A DNA stretch of 47,772 nt, taken from Pseudomonadota bacterium (GTDB taxonomy: Bacteria > Pseudomonadota > Alphaproteobacteria > Rhodospirillales > Magnetospirillaceae). Each line of letters begins with the position of its first letter. Within the stretch, counting starts at the first letter, position 1. The stretch covers positions 1 to 47,772 of the forward strand of contig JBFMHS010000409.1 of assembly GCA_040751765.1 (NCBI GenBank). The letters run 5' to 3'. Shown in pieces: positions 18,324 through 27,706 of the stretch. Below the pieces are notes generated by a model. It did not search any database, had not been told where the DNA came from, and saw only the letters and a list, made by a program, of their open reading frames with translations. Made by a program: the position numbers and the translations under genes.

Positions 18324-19190
18324 ATGAGCGCGCGCAAGCCACCCCGGCTGGACCTCGCCATCCTGCGCCTGTGGCATGCGGTGATGGCGGGCGGCTTCCT
18401 TGTCGCCTATCTCACCGGCGACGAGGACACCTATGCCATGCACGTCTTCTCGGGCTACGCGGTGCTGGCGGCGGCGGCAATCCGCCTCGTCCTCGGCCTG
18501 CTGGCCCCCGGCGGCTCGCCCCTGCGCCTGCCCCGGCCGTCGATGGCGCGGACGCTGGAATGGATGGGCAACCGGCGCGGCCGCAACCCGCTTTACGCCT
18601 GGCTGGGCGCGGCGGTGCTGGCCTCCGTCGGCCTCGCCGCCGCCACCGGCGCCGTGGCCGATGTGGTGGTGTGGTTGGAGGACCCGCACGAGGCGCTGTC
18701 CGAGGCCTCGTTGATGGCGGTCTTCGTCCATGTCGGCTTCATCCTGTTCGTGCATGGCGGCAAGCGCCTGCTGGCCAGGCTGGCGACCGCCTCGGCGGTG
18801 GTGGTGGCGCTGGCGGCCGGCCAGGCCCAGGCGGCCGACCCCCGCGCCGCCGTGCTCGACCATTTCGCCACCCGGGCCCGCGCCGCCGACCCCGCCTTCG
18901 CCGGCTTCTCGGCCGAGCGCGGCGAGGCGCTGTTCCGCACCAAATGGGCCGGCGGCGACGAGCGCACGCCGTCCTGCACCGCCTGCCACACCGAAAATCC
19001 CCGCCGGCAGGGCCGCAACGCCAAGACCGGGCGGCCCATCGAGCCGGTGGCGGTGTCGGCCAATCCCAAGCGGTTCACCGACCTCGACGAGGTGGAGAAG
19101 CAGTTCGGTCGCGACTGCAAAAGCGTGCTGGGCCGCGAGTGCACCGCCCGCGAGAAGGGCGACTACATCACCTTCATGAAGGGTCAGTGA
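18324..19190 (+). CDS. Fusion protein: 4-TM cytochrome b561-family domain, an extra TM/signal-like segment, and an SHP/DUF1924-like monoheme c-type cytochrome domain (CTACH)
   Basis: Within ORF 18255..19190. ATG at 18324 preceded by AAGGAG. The C-terminus 'TPSCTACH...RFTDLDEVEKQFGRDCKSVLGRECTAREKGD' resembles sphaeroides heme protein. Confidence 0.8.
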   Translation: MSARKPPRLDLAILRLWHAVMAGGFLVAYLTGDEDTYAMHVFSGYAVLAAAAIRLVLGLLAPGGSPLRLPRPSMARTLEWMGNRRGRNPLYAWLGAAVLASVGLAAATGAVADVVVWLEDPHEALSEASLMAVFVHVGFILFVHGGKRLLARLATASAVVVALAAGQAQAADPRAAVLDHFATRARAADPAFAGFSAERGEALFRTKWAGGDERTPSCTACHTENPRRQGRNAKTGRPIEPVAVSANPKRFTDLDEVEKQFGRDCKSVLGRECTAREKGDYITFMKGQ

Positions 19191-19191
19191 A

Positions 19192-19620
19192 ATGAAGCGC
19201 CTTGTCCTCACGCTGCTGGTCGCCGCCACCCCCGCCCTGGCCGACGACGACCGGGTGCCGCCGGTCACCGACCCGCTGGTGCTCAAGGAATGCGGCGAAT
19301 GCCACATGGCGTTCCAGCCCGCCTTCCTGCCGGCGCACTCATGGGACCGCATCATGGACACCCTGTCAGACCATTTCGGCGACGACGCCTCGCTGCCCGC
19401 CGACAAGGTCGCGGCCATCCGCCAGGTGCTGGTGGCCGGGGCGGGGCGCGAGCGCAAGCGGGACCGCGGCGAGTTCACCCTCGCCATCACCAGGACGCGG
19501 TGGTTCCAGCACGAGCACCGCTTCCCCGAGCGGGTGTGGAAGGACCCCAAGGTGCTGACCGCGTCCAACTGTCCGGCCTGCCACCGCGACGCCGAGCGCG
19601 GCTGGTACGAGGAGGATTGA
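19192..19620 (+). CDS. Diheme cytochrome c (DHC family)
   Basis: 142 aa with a signal peptide and two heme motifs, CGECH and CPACH. Confidence 0.8.
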   Translation: MKRLVLTLLVAATPALADDDRVPPVTDPLVLKECGECHMAFQPAFLPAHSWDRIMDTLSDHFGDDASLPADKVAAIRQVLVAGAGRERKRDRGEFTLAITRTRWFQHEHRFPERVWKDPKVLTASNCPACHRDAERGWYEED

Positions 19621-19623
19621 TCG

Positions 19624-19869
19624 TCAGGGCCGCGCGCCGAGGCGTTCCTTGGCGGCTTCCCATTCGGCCAGGATGACCTTGGCGCCGTGCTTGTCGTGCT
19701 TGCGCACCAATTCCTGGTAGCGGCGGTCGTAATAGCCATTGCGGCCGACATTGCGGGCGTCGCGGTCCCAGGCGATGCGCCGCTTGTCCAGGTCCACCCG
19801 GCAGCGGGGCGAACAGGTCTCGGCGGCGGGGTCGGCGACGGCTCCGCCGCATGTCTTGCAGGCTCCCAT
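19624..19869 (-). CDS. Small zinc-ribbon protein (CxxC...CxxxC), function unknown
   Basis: 81 aa, '[11 protein letters not shown]...ETCSPRC', basic C-terminal half. Confidence 0.55.
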   Translation of the reverse strand: MGACKTCGGAVADPAAETCSPRCRVDLDKRRIAWDRDARNVGRNGYYDRRYQELVRKHDKHGAKVILAEWEAAKERLGARP

Positions 19870-19922
19870 GGCGGCTTCTCCTTGCTGGACTCGGGCGCTC
19901 CCGCCCCCATATAACCGCAGGC

Positions 19923-20759
19923 ATGAACACCGTCGGCATCCCCTTCGTCAAGATGCACGGGCTCGGGAACGACTTCGTCATTCTCGACGCCCGTCCGCGC
20001 CCGCTCGCCCTGTCGCCCGAAACCATCCGCGCCGTCGCCGACCGCCGGCGCGGCGTCGGCTGCGACCAGTTGATCGTCATCGAGCCGGCCCGCAACGCCG
20101 TCTCCGACGCCTGGATGAGCATCTTCAACCCCGACGGTTCCGAATCGGGGGCCTGCGGCAACGCCACCCGCTGCGTCGCCTGGCTGCTGATGCGCGACAA
20201 GGGGGTCGACAAGGTGGTCATCGAGACCCGCGCCGGCCTGCTGGACGCCGAATCGCGCGGCGACATGATGGTGGCGGTGGACATGGGACCGGCCCGGCTG
20301 GACTGGCGCGAGGTGCCGGTGGCCGAGGCGGTGGACACCCTGCACATGGGCATCGGCGTCGGTGCGCTCCAGGACCCGGTGGGGGTCAGCATGGGCAACC
20401 CGCACGCGGTGTTCTTCGTCGAGGACGCCGAGGCGGTGGACCTGGCCGCCCTGGGGCCGGTGCTGGAGAATCACGCGTTCTTTCCCGAGCGCGCCAATAT
20501 CGAGGTCGCCCAGGTCCTGGGCGACGGCCGCATCCGCATGCGGGTGTGGGAGCGTTCAGCCGGCATCACCGCCGCCTGCGGGTCAGGCGCCTGCGCCACC
20601 CTGGTCGCCGCCGCCCGCCGGGGCCTGACCGGCCGCGCGGCCGAGGTGGTGCTGGACGGCGGCACCTTGTCCATCGAATGGCTCAAGGACGACCACGTGC
20701 TGATGACCGGGCCGGTGGCGCTGTCCTTCACCGGGACGCTGGACGCGAGTTTGCTGTGA
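19923..20759 (+). CDS. dapF: Diaminopimelate epimerase
   Basis: Within ORF 19851..20759. '[15 protein letters not shown]', '[16 protein letters not shown]', '[16 protein letters not shown]'. Confidence 0.93.
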   Translation: MNTVGIPFVKMHGLGNDFVILDARPRPLALSPETIRAVADRRRGVGCDQLIVIEPARNAVSDAWMSIFNPDGSESGACGNATRCVAWLLMRDKGVDKVVIETRAGLLDAESRGDMMVAVDMGPARLDWREVPVAEAVDTLHMGIGVGALQDPVGVSMGNPHAVFFVEDAEAVDLAALGPVLENHAFFPERANIEVAQVLGDGRIRMRVWERSAGITAACGSGACATLVAAARRGLTGRAAEVVLDGGTLSIEWLKDDHVLMTGPVALSFTGTLDASLL

Positions 20760-20862
20760 TCCGGACGAGCGTAGCGAGGACTATGCGCGTTGAGCGCGCC
20801 GGAGCGCCAGCGGAGGGAAGCCAAGGGGCGGGGATGCGCCCCGCCCGGCGTTTGAGGGCCTC

Positions 20863-22098
20863 ATGACAAGGGTGATTACCTTCGGCTGCCGCCTCAACGC
20901 CTACGAATCCGAGGTGATGCGTGAGCATGCCGAGGCGGCGGCCTCAGGGGTCGAGACCATCATCGTCAATACCTGCGCGGTGACCGCCGAGGCCGAGCGC
21001 CAGGCCCGCCAGTCCATCCGCAAGCTGCGCCGCGACAACCCCGGCGCCCGCATCGTGGTCACCGGCTGCGCGGTGCAGGTGGACCCGGCCAAGTTCGCCG
21101 CCATGCCCGAGGTCGACCAGGTGCTGGGCAATGTCGAGAAGATGGAGCCCAAAGTGTTCGCCGAGCCGCCGGCCGAGCGCATCGTGGTCACCGACATCAT
21201 GCAGGTGCGCGAGACCGCCGAGCATCTGGTGTCCGGCTTCGAAGGCCGGGCACGGGCCTTCGTCGAGGTCCAGCAGGGCTGCGACCACCGCTGCACCTTC
21301 TGCATCATCCCCTTCGGGCGCGGCCCCAACCGCAGCGTCCCCATGGGCCGCGTCGTCGACCAGGTCCGCGCGCTGGTGGAGCAGGGCTTCGCCGAGGTGG
21401 TGCTGACCGGCGTCGACGTCACCGCCTATGGCGGCGACCTGCCGGGCGCGCCCGGCTTCGGCCAGATGGTCCGCCGCCTGCTGGCCGCCGTTCCCGAGCT
21501 GCCGCGCCTTCGGCTGTCCTCGCTGGACCCGGTGGAGGTGGACGACGACCTGCTGCGGGCGGTGGCCGAGGAGGAGCGGCTGATGCCGCATTTCCATCTC
21601 TCGGTCCAGGCCGGCGACGACATGGTGCTCAAGCGCATGAAGCGCCGCCACGCCCGCGCCGACGTGCTGGCTTTGGCCGCCCGCCTGCGCGACCTGCGTG
21701 GTGACATCGCGCTGGGGGCCGACATCATCGCCGGCTTCCCCACCGAGGACGAGGAAATGTTCCGCCGCTCGCTGGAACTGGTCGACGAGGCCGGCCTGAC
21801 CCATCTCCACGTCTTCCCGTTCAGTTCGCGCCCCGGCACCCCGGCGGCGCGCATGCCCAAGGTGCCCGGCGACGTGGTCAAGGAGCGCGCCGCCCGCCTG
21901 CGCGCCAAGGGCGAGGCCGCCATGGCCGCGTTCCTGGGCACCCGCCTGGGCCGCGAGGTGTCGGTGCTGATCGAGCAGGACGGCCAGGGCTTTTGCGAGC
22001 ATTATCTGCCGGTCCGCGTGGCCGGCGAGCAAGGCCGTGTGGTGCGGGCCCGGGTGACGGGCATTGACGGGACGACGTTGAAGGCGGAGACGGCATGA
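20863..22098 (+). CDS. mtaB: Radical-SAM methylthiotransferase, MtaB-like (tRNA t6A37 methylthiotransferase)
   Basis: 411 aa with N-terminal 'TFGCRLNAYES', the radical-SAM motif 'CDHRCTFCIIP' and a C-terminal TRAM-like region. The conserved dapF-mtaB-ftsY order is present. Confidence 0.85.
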   Translation: MTRVITFGCRLNAYESEVMREHAEAAASGVETIIVNTCAVTAEAERQARQSIRKLRRDNPGARIVVTGCAVQVDPAKFAAMPEVDQVLGNVEKMEPKVFAEPPAERIVVTDIMQVRETAEHLVSGFEGRARAFVEVQQGCDHRCTFCIIPFGRGPNRSVPMGRVVDQVRALVEQGFAEVVLTGVDVTAYGGDLPGAPGFGQMVRRLLAAVPELPRLRLSSLDPVEVDDDLLRAVAEEERLMPHFHLSVQAGDDMVLKRMKRRHARADVLALAARLRDLRGDIALGADIIAGFPTEDEEMFRRSLELVDEAGLTHLHVFPFSSRPGTPAARMPKVPGDVVKERAARLRAKGEAAMAAFLGTRLGREVSVLIEQDGQGFCEHYLPVRVAGEQGRVVRARVTGIDGTTLKAETA

Positions 22099-23213
22099 CC
22101 AAGAAGGGCTTTTTCGGGCGGCTGTGGGGCGGCAAGGAGACGGTGGAGGAGCAGGAGCTGGCCCCCGAGGCGGTCCCCGCGCCCGTGGACGAGCCGGTGC
22201 CCGAACCCGAGGCGGAGCCCGAGACCGACGATTCCCACCTCACCGAGGTGGTGGCCGAGCGCGACGCCGCCATGGCCGAGCTGAGCGAGCCGGCCAAGGT
22301 CGGATGGTTCGGCCGCATGAAGGCGGGCCTGTCCAAGTCGTCGTCGCGCCTGACCCAGGGCCTGGCCGACCTGTTCACCAAGCGCAAGCTGGACGACGAG
22401 GCGCTGGAAGAGCTGGAGGAGCTGCTGATCACCGCCGACCTGGGTGTCGCCACCGCCGCCCGCGTCACCAGGCGCCTCGCCAAGTCCAAGTTCGGCCAGG
22501 ACGTCACCGCCGAGGAGATCAAGGCCGCCCTGGCCGAGGAGATCGCCGAGATCCTGGAGCCGGTGGCCCGCCCGCTGGAACTGGACCCCGAACTGCGCCC
22601 GCATGTGGTGCTGGTGGTGGGGGTCAACGGCTCGGGCAAGACCACCACCATCGGCAAGCTGGCCAAGCGCTACAAGGACGAGGGCCGCAACGTCAGCCTG
22701 GCCGCCGGCGATACCTTCCGCGCCGCCGCCGTCGAGCAGCTCAAGGTGTGGGGCGAGCGGACCGGTTGCCCGGTCATCGCGCGCGACACCGGCGCCGACG
22801 CCGCCGGCCTGGTGTTCGACGCCATGAAGGAGGCGCGGGCGCGCGGCGACGACGTGCTGTTCATCGACACCGCCGGCCGCCTGCAGAATAAGACCGGGCT
22901 GATGGAGGAACTGGCCAAGGTGGTGCGCGTCATCAAGAAGCACGACGAGACCGCGCCCCATGACGTGCTGCTGGTCCTCGACGCCACCGTCGGCCAGAAC
23001 GCCCATTCCCAGGTCGAGGCCTTCCAGGAGATGGTCGGCGTCACCGGCCTGGTGGTGACCAAGCTGGACGGCACCGCGCGCGGCGGCGTGGTGGTCGCCC
23101 TGGCCGAGAAGTTCCACCTGCCTGTCCACGCCATCGGCGTCGGCGAGAAGGTGGACGACCTGCGGCCGTTCTCGGCCGAGGACTTCGCCCGCGGCGTGGT
23201 GGGGCTGGAATGA
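22095..23213 (+). CDS. ftsY: Signal recognition particle receptor FtsY
   Basis: 372 aa with an acidic N-terminal domain and an NG domain ('VGVNGSGKTTTIGKLA', 'DTAGRLQNK', 'TKLDGTARGG'). Confidence 0.93.
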   Translation: MTKKGFFGRLWGGKETVEEQELAPEAVPAPVDEPVPEPEAEPETDDSHLTEVVAERDAAMAELSEPAKVGWFGRMKAGLSKSSSRLTQGLADLFTKRKLDDEALEELEELLITADLGVATAARVTRRLAKSKFGQDVTAEEIKAALAEEIAEILEPVARPLELDPELRPHVVLVVGVNGSGKTTTIGKLAKRYKDEGRNVSLAAGDTFRAAAVEQLKVWGERTGCPVIARDTGADAAGLVFDAMKEARARGDDVLFIDTAGRLQNKTGLMEELAKVVRVIKKHDETAPHDVLLVLDATVGQNAHSQVEAFQEMVGVTGLVVTKLDGTARGGVVVALAEKFHLPVHAIGVGEKVDDLRPFSAEDFARGVVGLE

Positions 23214-23614
23214 CCCGTTTCTTCCTTCTGCCGGTCGCCGCGCTGGTCGCCGCCGCTCCGGCCTGGGCCCAGGACGTCGCCAACGTGGACAACGAGACGC
23301 TGGCCGCTCTGATGGCCAAGGGCGTCCCGGTGGTGGACATCCGCACGCCGCCCGAATGGAAGCAGACCGGCGTGCTGGCCGGCTCGCACCGGATCATGGC
23401 CTTCGACGAGAACGGCCGCTTGGCCCCCGACTTCGTCCAGCGCCTGTCCCAGGTCGCCGGCCCCGACGACGAGGTCGCCCTGATCTGCCGCACCGGCAAC
23501 CGTACCCGCGCCCTCTCCCAGGCGCTGGCCCGCCAGCTCGGCTATCGCAAGCTCTACAACGTCGAGAAGGGCATCAAGGCCTGGATGGCCGAAGGCCGGC
23601 CGGTGGAGAAGTAG
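23210..23614 (+). CDS. Periplasmic single-domain rhodanese-like sulfurtransferase
   Basis: 134 aa with signal peptide 'AAAPAWA' and active-site loop 'CRTGNRT'. ATGA overlap with ftsY. Confidence 0.8.
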   Translation: MTRFFLLPVAALVAAAPAWAQDVANVDNETLAALMAKGVPVVDIRTPPEWKQTGVLAGSHRIMAFDENGRLAPDFVQRLSQVAGPDDEVALICRTGNRTRALSQALARQLGYRKLYNVEKGIKAWMAEGRPVEK

Positions 23615-23647
23615 GGGGCCTTAACTCCGCCGGGTCTCCGTCAATCC

Positions 23648-24226
23648 CTACAGCAGCTTCAGCATGGCGAAGCCGGCCACGATCAGCACCAGTGTCGCGG
23701 TCATCACCAGCTTCAGGCGCTTTTCCACGAACACCCGGATGGGCGGGCCGAACTTCCACAGCAGCACGGCGACCAGGACGAAGCGGATGCCGCGCGAAAC
23801 GATGGAGGCGACGGTGAATTCGGCCAGGTTGAAGTGGAATGCACCGGCGGCGATGGTGACCACCTTGTAGGGGAAGGGGGTCATGCCCTTGGCGATGATG
23901 AACCACACGCCCCATTCGTCGATGACCGGCTTGAGGCCCTGGAACTTCTCGACCGCGTGGAACACGGTCAGGATCGCCATGCCCACGGTGTCCATCAGGA
24001 AATAGCCGATGGCATAGCCGAGATAGCCGCCGGCCACCGAGGCCAGGGTGCACACGGCGGCCAGGCGGAACCATCGCGTCGGCGCCGCCAGGACCATGGG
24101 GATCAGCATCACGTCGGGCGGAATGGGGAAGAACGAGCTCTCGATGAAGGAAATCGCCGCCAGCCACCACACGGCGTGGCGATGGCCGGCCTTGTCCATC
24201 ATCCAGTCATAGGTCTTCTGGAGCAT
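23648..24226 (-). CDS. DedA/YqaA-family membrane protein
   Basis: Within ORF 23648..24535. Start 'MLQKTYDWMMDKAGHRHAVWWLAAISFIESSFFPIPPDV'. Confidence 0.8.
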   Translation of the reverse strand: MLQKTYDWMMDKAGHRHAVWWLAAISFIESSFFPIPPDVMLIPMVLAAPTRWFRLAAVCTLASVAGGYLGYAIGYFLMDTVGMAILTVFHAVEKFQGLKPVIDEWGVWFIIAKGMTPFPYKVVTIAAGAFHFNLAEFTVASIVSRGIRFVLVAVLLWKFGPPIRVFVEKRLKLVMTATLVLIVAGFAMLKLL

Positions 24227-24384
24227 CCGTTCCCCTTGCGCGCAGGCGGCGCCCGGTTTAGCAGCTTGGGTGCCCGGCGGCAATCGGATTGGGGCGGCTA
24301 TCCCGTTTCGCCGGTGTCTGCCCCTTGTCTTTCCCTCCAATGGGGGGCACTCTCCGCCGGGTGCACGGGGAGACAGGAGATCGG

Positions 24385-26847
24385 ATGCGAGGGTCCTTGG
24401 CCGCGCTGACGGCGTTCGCCACCGCGACCGCGCCCGCCGCGCTGGCGCGGGGGCTGGAGGGGTCCGACCTGGCCGGTTTCGACCCGGTGTCCATGGCGGT
24501 CGGCGCCGCCGTGATCCTGCCCATCGCGCTGCCATTGGTGGCGTTGCAGCGCTGGCGCATCGCCCGGCTGGAACGCCGCGCCGCCGACAAGGACGCCGAC
24601 GCCCGCCGCCTGCACGAATGCCTGTCGGCGGCCCCCGACGGCTACTACGCCTTCACCGCCGGCCCCGACCCGCGCGAGACATGCTCACGGCGGCTGGCGG
24701 TGCTGCTGGGCCTGCCCAAGGGCATCGATTCCGGTTGGCCCGAGGTGTTGGAGGCCTTCGCCCCCGCCGACGCCCGCACCCTGGACGACCGCCTGGCGGC
24801 GCTGCGGGGCGACGGCGACGCCTTCGAAATCGAACTGCCGCTGCCCGAGGGCGGGCGGCGGGTGCGGGCCACCGGCATGCGGGTGGCCGGGGCCGACGGC
24901 GAGCACATGGCTGACCTGGTGTGGATGGCTGACGTCACCGACGGCGCCGCCGTGGTCGAGGACCTGGCCCGCTCGCTGCAGGCGCTGGCCTCGGACACTG
25001 CCTATATCAAGGTGCTGCTGGACGCCCTGCCCATGCCGGTGTGGCTGCGTGACGACGACCTGTCGCTGGTGGCCGTCAACCAGGCCTATGCCCGCGCCGT
25101 CGACGCCGAGGGGGCCGAGGCGGTGGTCGCCGCCGGCATCGAGCTGGCCGCTGACGCCAGCGTCCGCGAGGCCCGCGCCCTTGCCGCGCGCGCGCGCGCC
25201 GCCGGCGAGCCGCGATCGGAGAGCTTCCATCTGGTGCTGGGCGGCGAGCGCCGCCTGGCCAGCATCACCGAGGTGCCGGTGTCGGTGGGCGACAACCTGC
25301 TTACCGCCGGTTTCGCCCTCGACCAGACCCGCGAGGAAGAGCTGCGGGCGCAGTTGGACCAGCACGTCACCGCCCATGTGGAGGTGCTGGAGCGCCTGGC
25401 CACCGCCATCGCCATCTTCTCCACCGACACCCGGCTGGCCTTCTTCAACACCGCCTTCGCGCGGCTGTGGCGGCTGGAGCGCGACTGGCTGGCGACCCAG
25501 CCCACCTATGGCGCGGTGATGGACTCCTTGCGCGACCGCCGCCTGCTGCCCGAGGTGGCCGACTACCGCGCCTACAAGGAGGAGGAGCTCAAGCGGTTCA
25601 TCTCGCTGATCGACCCCGTCGAGGCGCTGATGCACCTGCCCGACGGCCGCACCTTGCGCCGGCTAACCTCGCCGCATCCTTATGGCGGGCTGATCTTCAC
25701 CTACGAGGACGTCACCGACACCCTGGCCATGGAGCGGTCGTTCAACACCGCCATGGCGGTGCAGCGCGAGACCCTGGACCACCTGCACGAGGGCATCGCG
25801 GTGTTCGGCGGCGACGGCCGGTTGAAGCTGTCCAATCCGTCCTTCGCCGCCATCTGGGGGCTGTCCGCCGACGACCTGGCCGGCGGGCCGCACCTGATGG
25901 AGATCGTCGAGCGCCTGAAGCCGTTCTTCGAGGGCCGGCCCGACCGCGCCTCGGCCTGGAGCCCCGCCCGCGAGCGCCTGATGGCCCTGGCCAACCAGCG
26001 CAGCCCGGCCGAGGAGCGGCTTGAGCGCCAGGACGACACCATCGTCGACTGCACCAGCGTGCCGCTGCCCGACGGCGCCATCCTGCTGACCTTCCTCGAC
26101 GTCACCGATTCGGCCCGCGTCGAGCGGGCGCTGATCGAGCGCAACGAGGCCCTGGCCGCCGCCGACCTGCTGAAGAGCGAATTCATCGCCAACGTCTCGG
26201 CCGAGGTCCGCAAGCCGCTGACCACCATCATCGGCTTTGCCGAGATGCTGTCGGCCGAATACGCCGGCAAGCTCAACAAGCGCCAGCATGAATACGCCCG
26301 CGCCATCACCGAGGCGGGCCAGACCCTGGCCGGGCTGGTCTCCGACATCCTCGACCTCGCCGCCATCGAGGCCGGCCAGATGACGCTGGAACTGGACACC
26401 GTCGACGTCCATCCCCTGCTGGGCGGGGTGCTGTCGCTGGTCCGCGAGCGGGTGCGCGAGAAGAAGATCGCGCTGGCCTTCGACTGCCCGCTGGACATCG
26501 GCTGGATCGTCGCCGACGAACGCCGCCTCAAGCAGGTGCTGTTCAACCTGGTCGGCAACGCGGTGAAGTACACCCCGGTGGGGGGCGCCGTCACCATCCG
26601 CGCCGAGCGGCAGGGCGGCGAGCTGGCGCTGACCGTGGGCGATTCCGGGCCCGGCATCGCCCAGGCCGACCAGGCCCGCGTCTTCGACAGCTTCGTGTCC
26701 ATCAGCCACGAGGACGGCAGCCAGGGCGCCGGCCTCGGCCTGGCGCTGGTCAAGCGCTTCGTGGAACTGCACGGCGGCCGCGTCGAGCTCCGCAGCTCGG
26801 CGGCGGAAGGCACCTGGGTGACGGTCAGGCTGCCGACAGGGGGGTGA
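24385..26847 (+). CDS. divL: DivL-like membrane-anchored multi-PAS pseudo-histidine kinase (DHp with Ala at the phospho-acceptor position, plus a HATPase_c domain)
   Basis: Within ORF 24289..26847. ATG at 24385 preceded by AGGAG. H-box 'SEFIANVSAEVRKPLTTIIGFAEML' (Ala codon gcc at 26200-26202). N, G1, F and G2 boxes are present ('NLVGNAVKYT', 'DSGPGI', 'GAGLGLALV'). Confidence 0.8.
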   Translation: MRGSLAALTAFATATAPAALARGLEGSDLAGFDPVSMAVGAAVILPIALPLVALQRWRIARLERRAADKDADARRLHECLSAAPDGYYAFTAGPDPRETCSRRLAVLLGLPKGIDSGWPEVLEAFAPADARTLDDRLAALRGDGDAFEIELPLPEGGRRVRATGMRVAGADGEHMADLVWMADVTDGAAVVEDLARSLQALASDTAYIKVLLDALPMPVWLRDDDLSLVAVNQAYARAVDAEGAEAVVAAGIELAADASVREARALAARARAAGEPRSESFHLVLGGERRLASITEVPVSVGDNLLTAGFALDQTREEELRAQLDQHVTAHVEVLERLATAIAIFSTDTRLAFFNTAFARLWRLERDWLATQPTYGAVMDSLRDRRLLPEVADYRAYKEEELKRFISLIDPVEALMHLPDGRTLRRLTSPHPYGGLIFTYEDVTDTLAMERSFNTAMAVQRETLDHLHEGIAVFGGDGRLKLSNPSFAAIWGLSADDLAGGPHLMEIVERLKPFFEGRPDRASAWSPARERLMALANQRSPAEERLERQDDTIVDCTSVPLPDGAILLTFLDVTDSARVERALIERNEALAAADLLKSEFIANVSAEVRKPLTTIIGFAEMLSAEYAGKLNKRQHEYARAITEAGQTLAGLVSDILDLAAIEAGQMTLELDTVDVHPLLGGVLSLVRERVREKKIALAFDCPLDIGWIVADERRLKQVLFNLVGNAVKYTPVGGAVTIRAERQGGELALTVGDSGPGIAQADQARVFDSFVSISHEDGSQGAGLGLALVKRFVELHGGRVELRSSAAEGTWVTVRLPTGG

Positions 26848-26860
26848 GGGAAGCCCTCCG

Positions 26861-26891
26861 CCTCCCCCCAGGCGTTCCGCGCGGGGGGAGG
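26861..26891. terminator. Inverted repeat between the convergent divL-like gene and ctrA (candidate bidirectional terminator)
   Basis: cctcccccc (26861-26869), a 13-nt loop, ggggggagg (26883-26891). Confidence 0.35.
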
Positions 26892-26898
26892 GGGGAAG

Positions 26899-27627
26899 TC
26901 AATGCGCCGCCACGCCGTGGCCGGTGTCGGCCGCCCGCGACGGGCTGGCGCCGTCGGGGTCGCGCAGCACGTAGCCGCGGCCCCACACCGTCTCGATGTA
27001 GTTGTCGCCGCCGGTGGCCGTGGCCAGCTTCTTGCGGAGCTTGCAGATGAAGACGTCGATGATCTTCAGCTCTGGTTCGTCGATGCCGCCGTAGAGGTGG
27101 TTGAGGAATTGCTCCTTGGTCAGCGTCTGGCCCTTGCGCAGGCTCAAGAGTTCCAGGATTCCGTATTCCTTGGCGGTCAGGTGCAGCGGCTCGCCCTCCA
27201 CCTCGACGGTGCGGGTGTCCAGGTTCACCGACAGCTTGCCGGTGCGGATGATGGATTGCGCGTGGCCCTTGGAGCGGCGCACGATGGCCTGGATGCGGGC
27301 CACCAGCTCGCCGCGGTCGAAGGGCTTGGTCAGGTAGTCGTCGGCGCCGAAGCCCAGGCCCTTGATCTTCTTGTCGGGCTCGGTCAGGCCCGACAGGATC
27401 AGGACCGGGGTCTCCACCCGTGACGAGCGCAGGCGGCGCAGCACCTCGTAGCCGTCCATGTCGGGCAGCATGAGGTCGAGGAGGATGATGTCGTAGTCGT
27501 AGAGCTTGCCGATCTCGAGGCCATCCTCGCCCAGAGCCGTCGTGTCGACGACCATGCCTTCGGCCTTGAGCATCGTCTCGATGACCTGGGCCATCATCCG
27601 GTCGTCTTCAACCACCAGCACGCGCAT
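26899..27627 (-). CDS. ctrA: Cell-cycle/motility response regulator CtrA
   Basis: Within ORF 26899..27708. 'MRVLVVEDD...[25 protein letters not shown]...[10 protein letters not shown]...[52 protein letters not shown]...[13 protein letters not shown]' matches the CtrA signature along its length. Confidence 0.92.
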   Translation of the reverse strand: MRVLVVEDDRMMAQVIETMLKAEGMVVDTTALGEDGLEIGKLYDYDIILLDLMLPDMDGYEVLRRLRSSRVETPVLILSGLTEPDKKIKGLGFGADDYLTKPFDRGELVARIQAIVRRSKGHAQSIIRTGKLSVNLDTRTVEVEGEPLHLTAKEYGILELLSLRKGQTLTKEQFLNHLYGGIDEPELKIIDVFICKLRKKLATATGGDNYIETVWGRGYVLRDPDGASPSRAADTGHGVAAH

Positions 27628-27664
27628 CTGAGTTATCCCGATTTCGCCGTGTATTGAGATTGAG

Positions 27665-27672
27665 TTAACCAT
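27665..27672 (+). promoter_or_regulatory. CtrA half-site TTAACCAT in the ctrA/fliI divergent intergenic region
   Basis: Exact octamer, 38 nt upstream of the ctrA ATG. It is immediately preceded by the tandem ATTGAG-ATTGAG (27653-27664). Confidence 0.45.
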
Positions 27673-27706
27673 AAGGGGGTATTTTGGCGACTTCAAGGCG
27701 CCCGGC

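Noticed and set aside
20826-20846. The hairpin gggcgggg-atgcg-ccccgccc in the dapF-mtaB spacer, considered as a terminator or attenuator.
   Set aside because: The genes are co-directional and conserved as neighbours. There is no U-tract, and an 8-bp GC stem is common by chance at this GC content. I left it uncalled.
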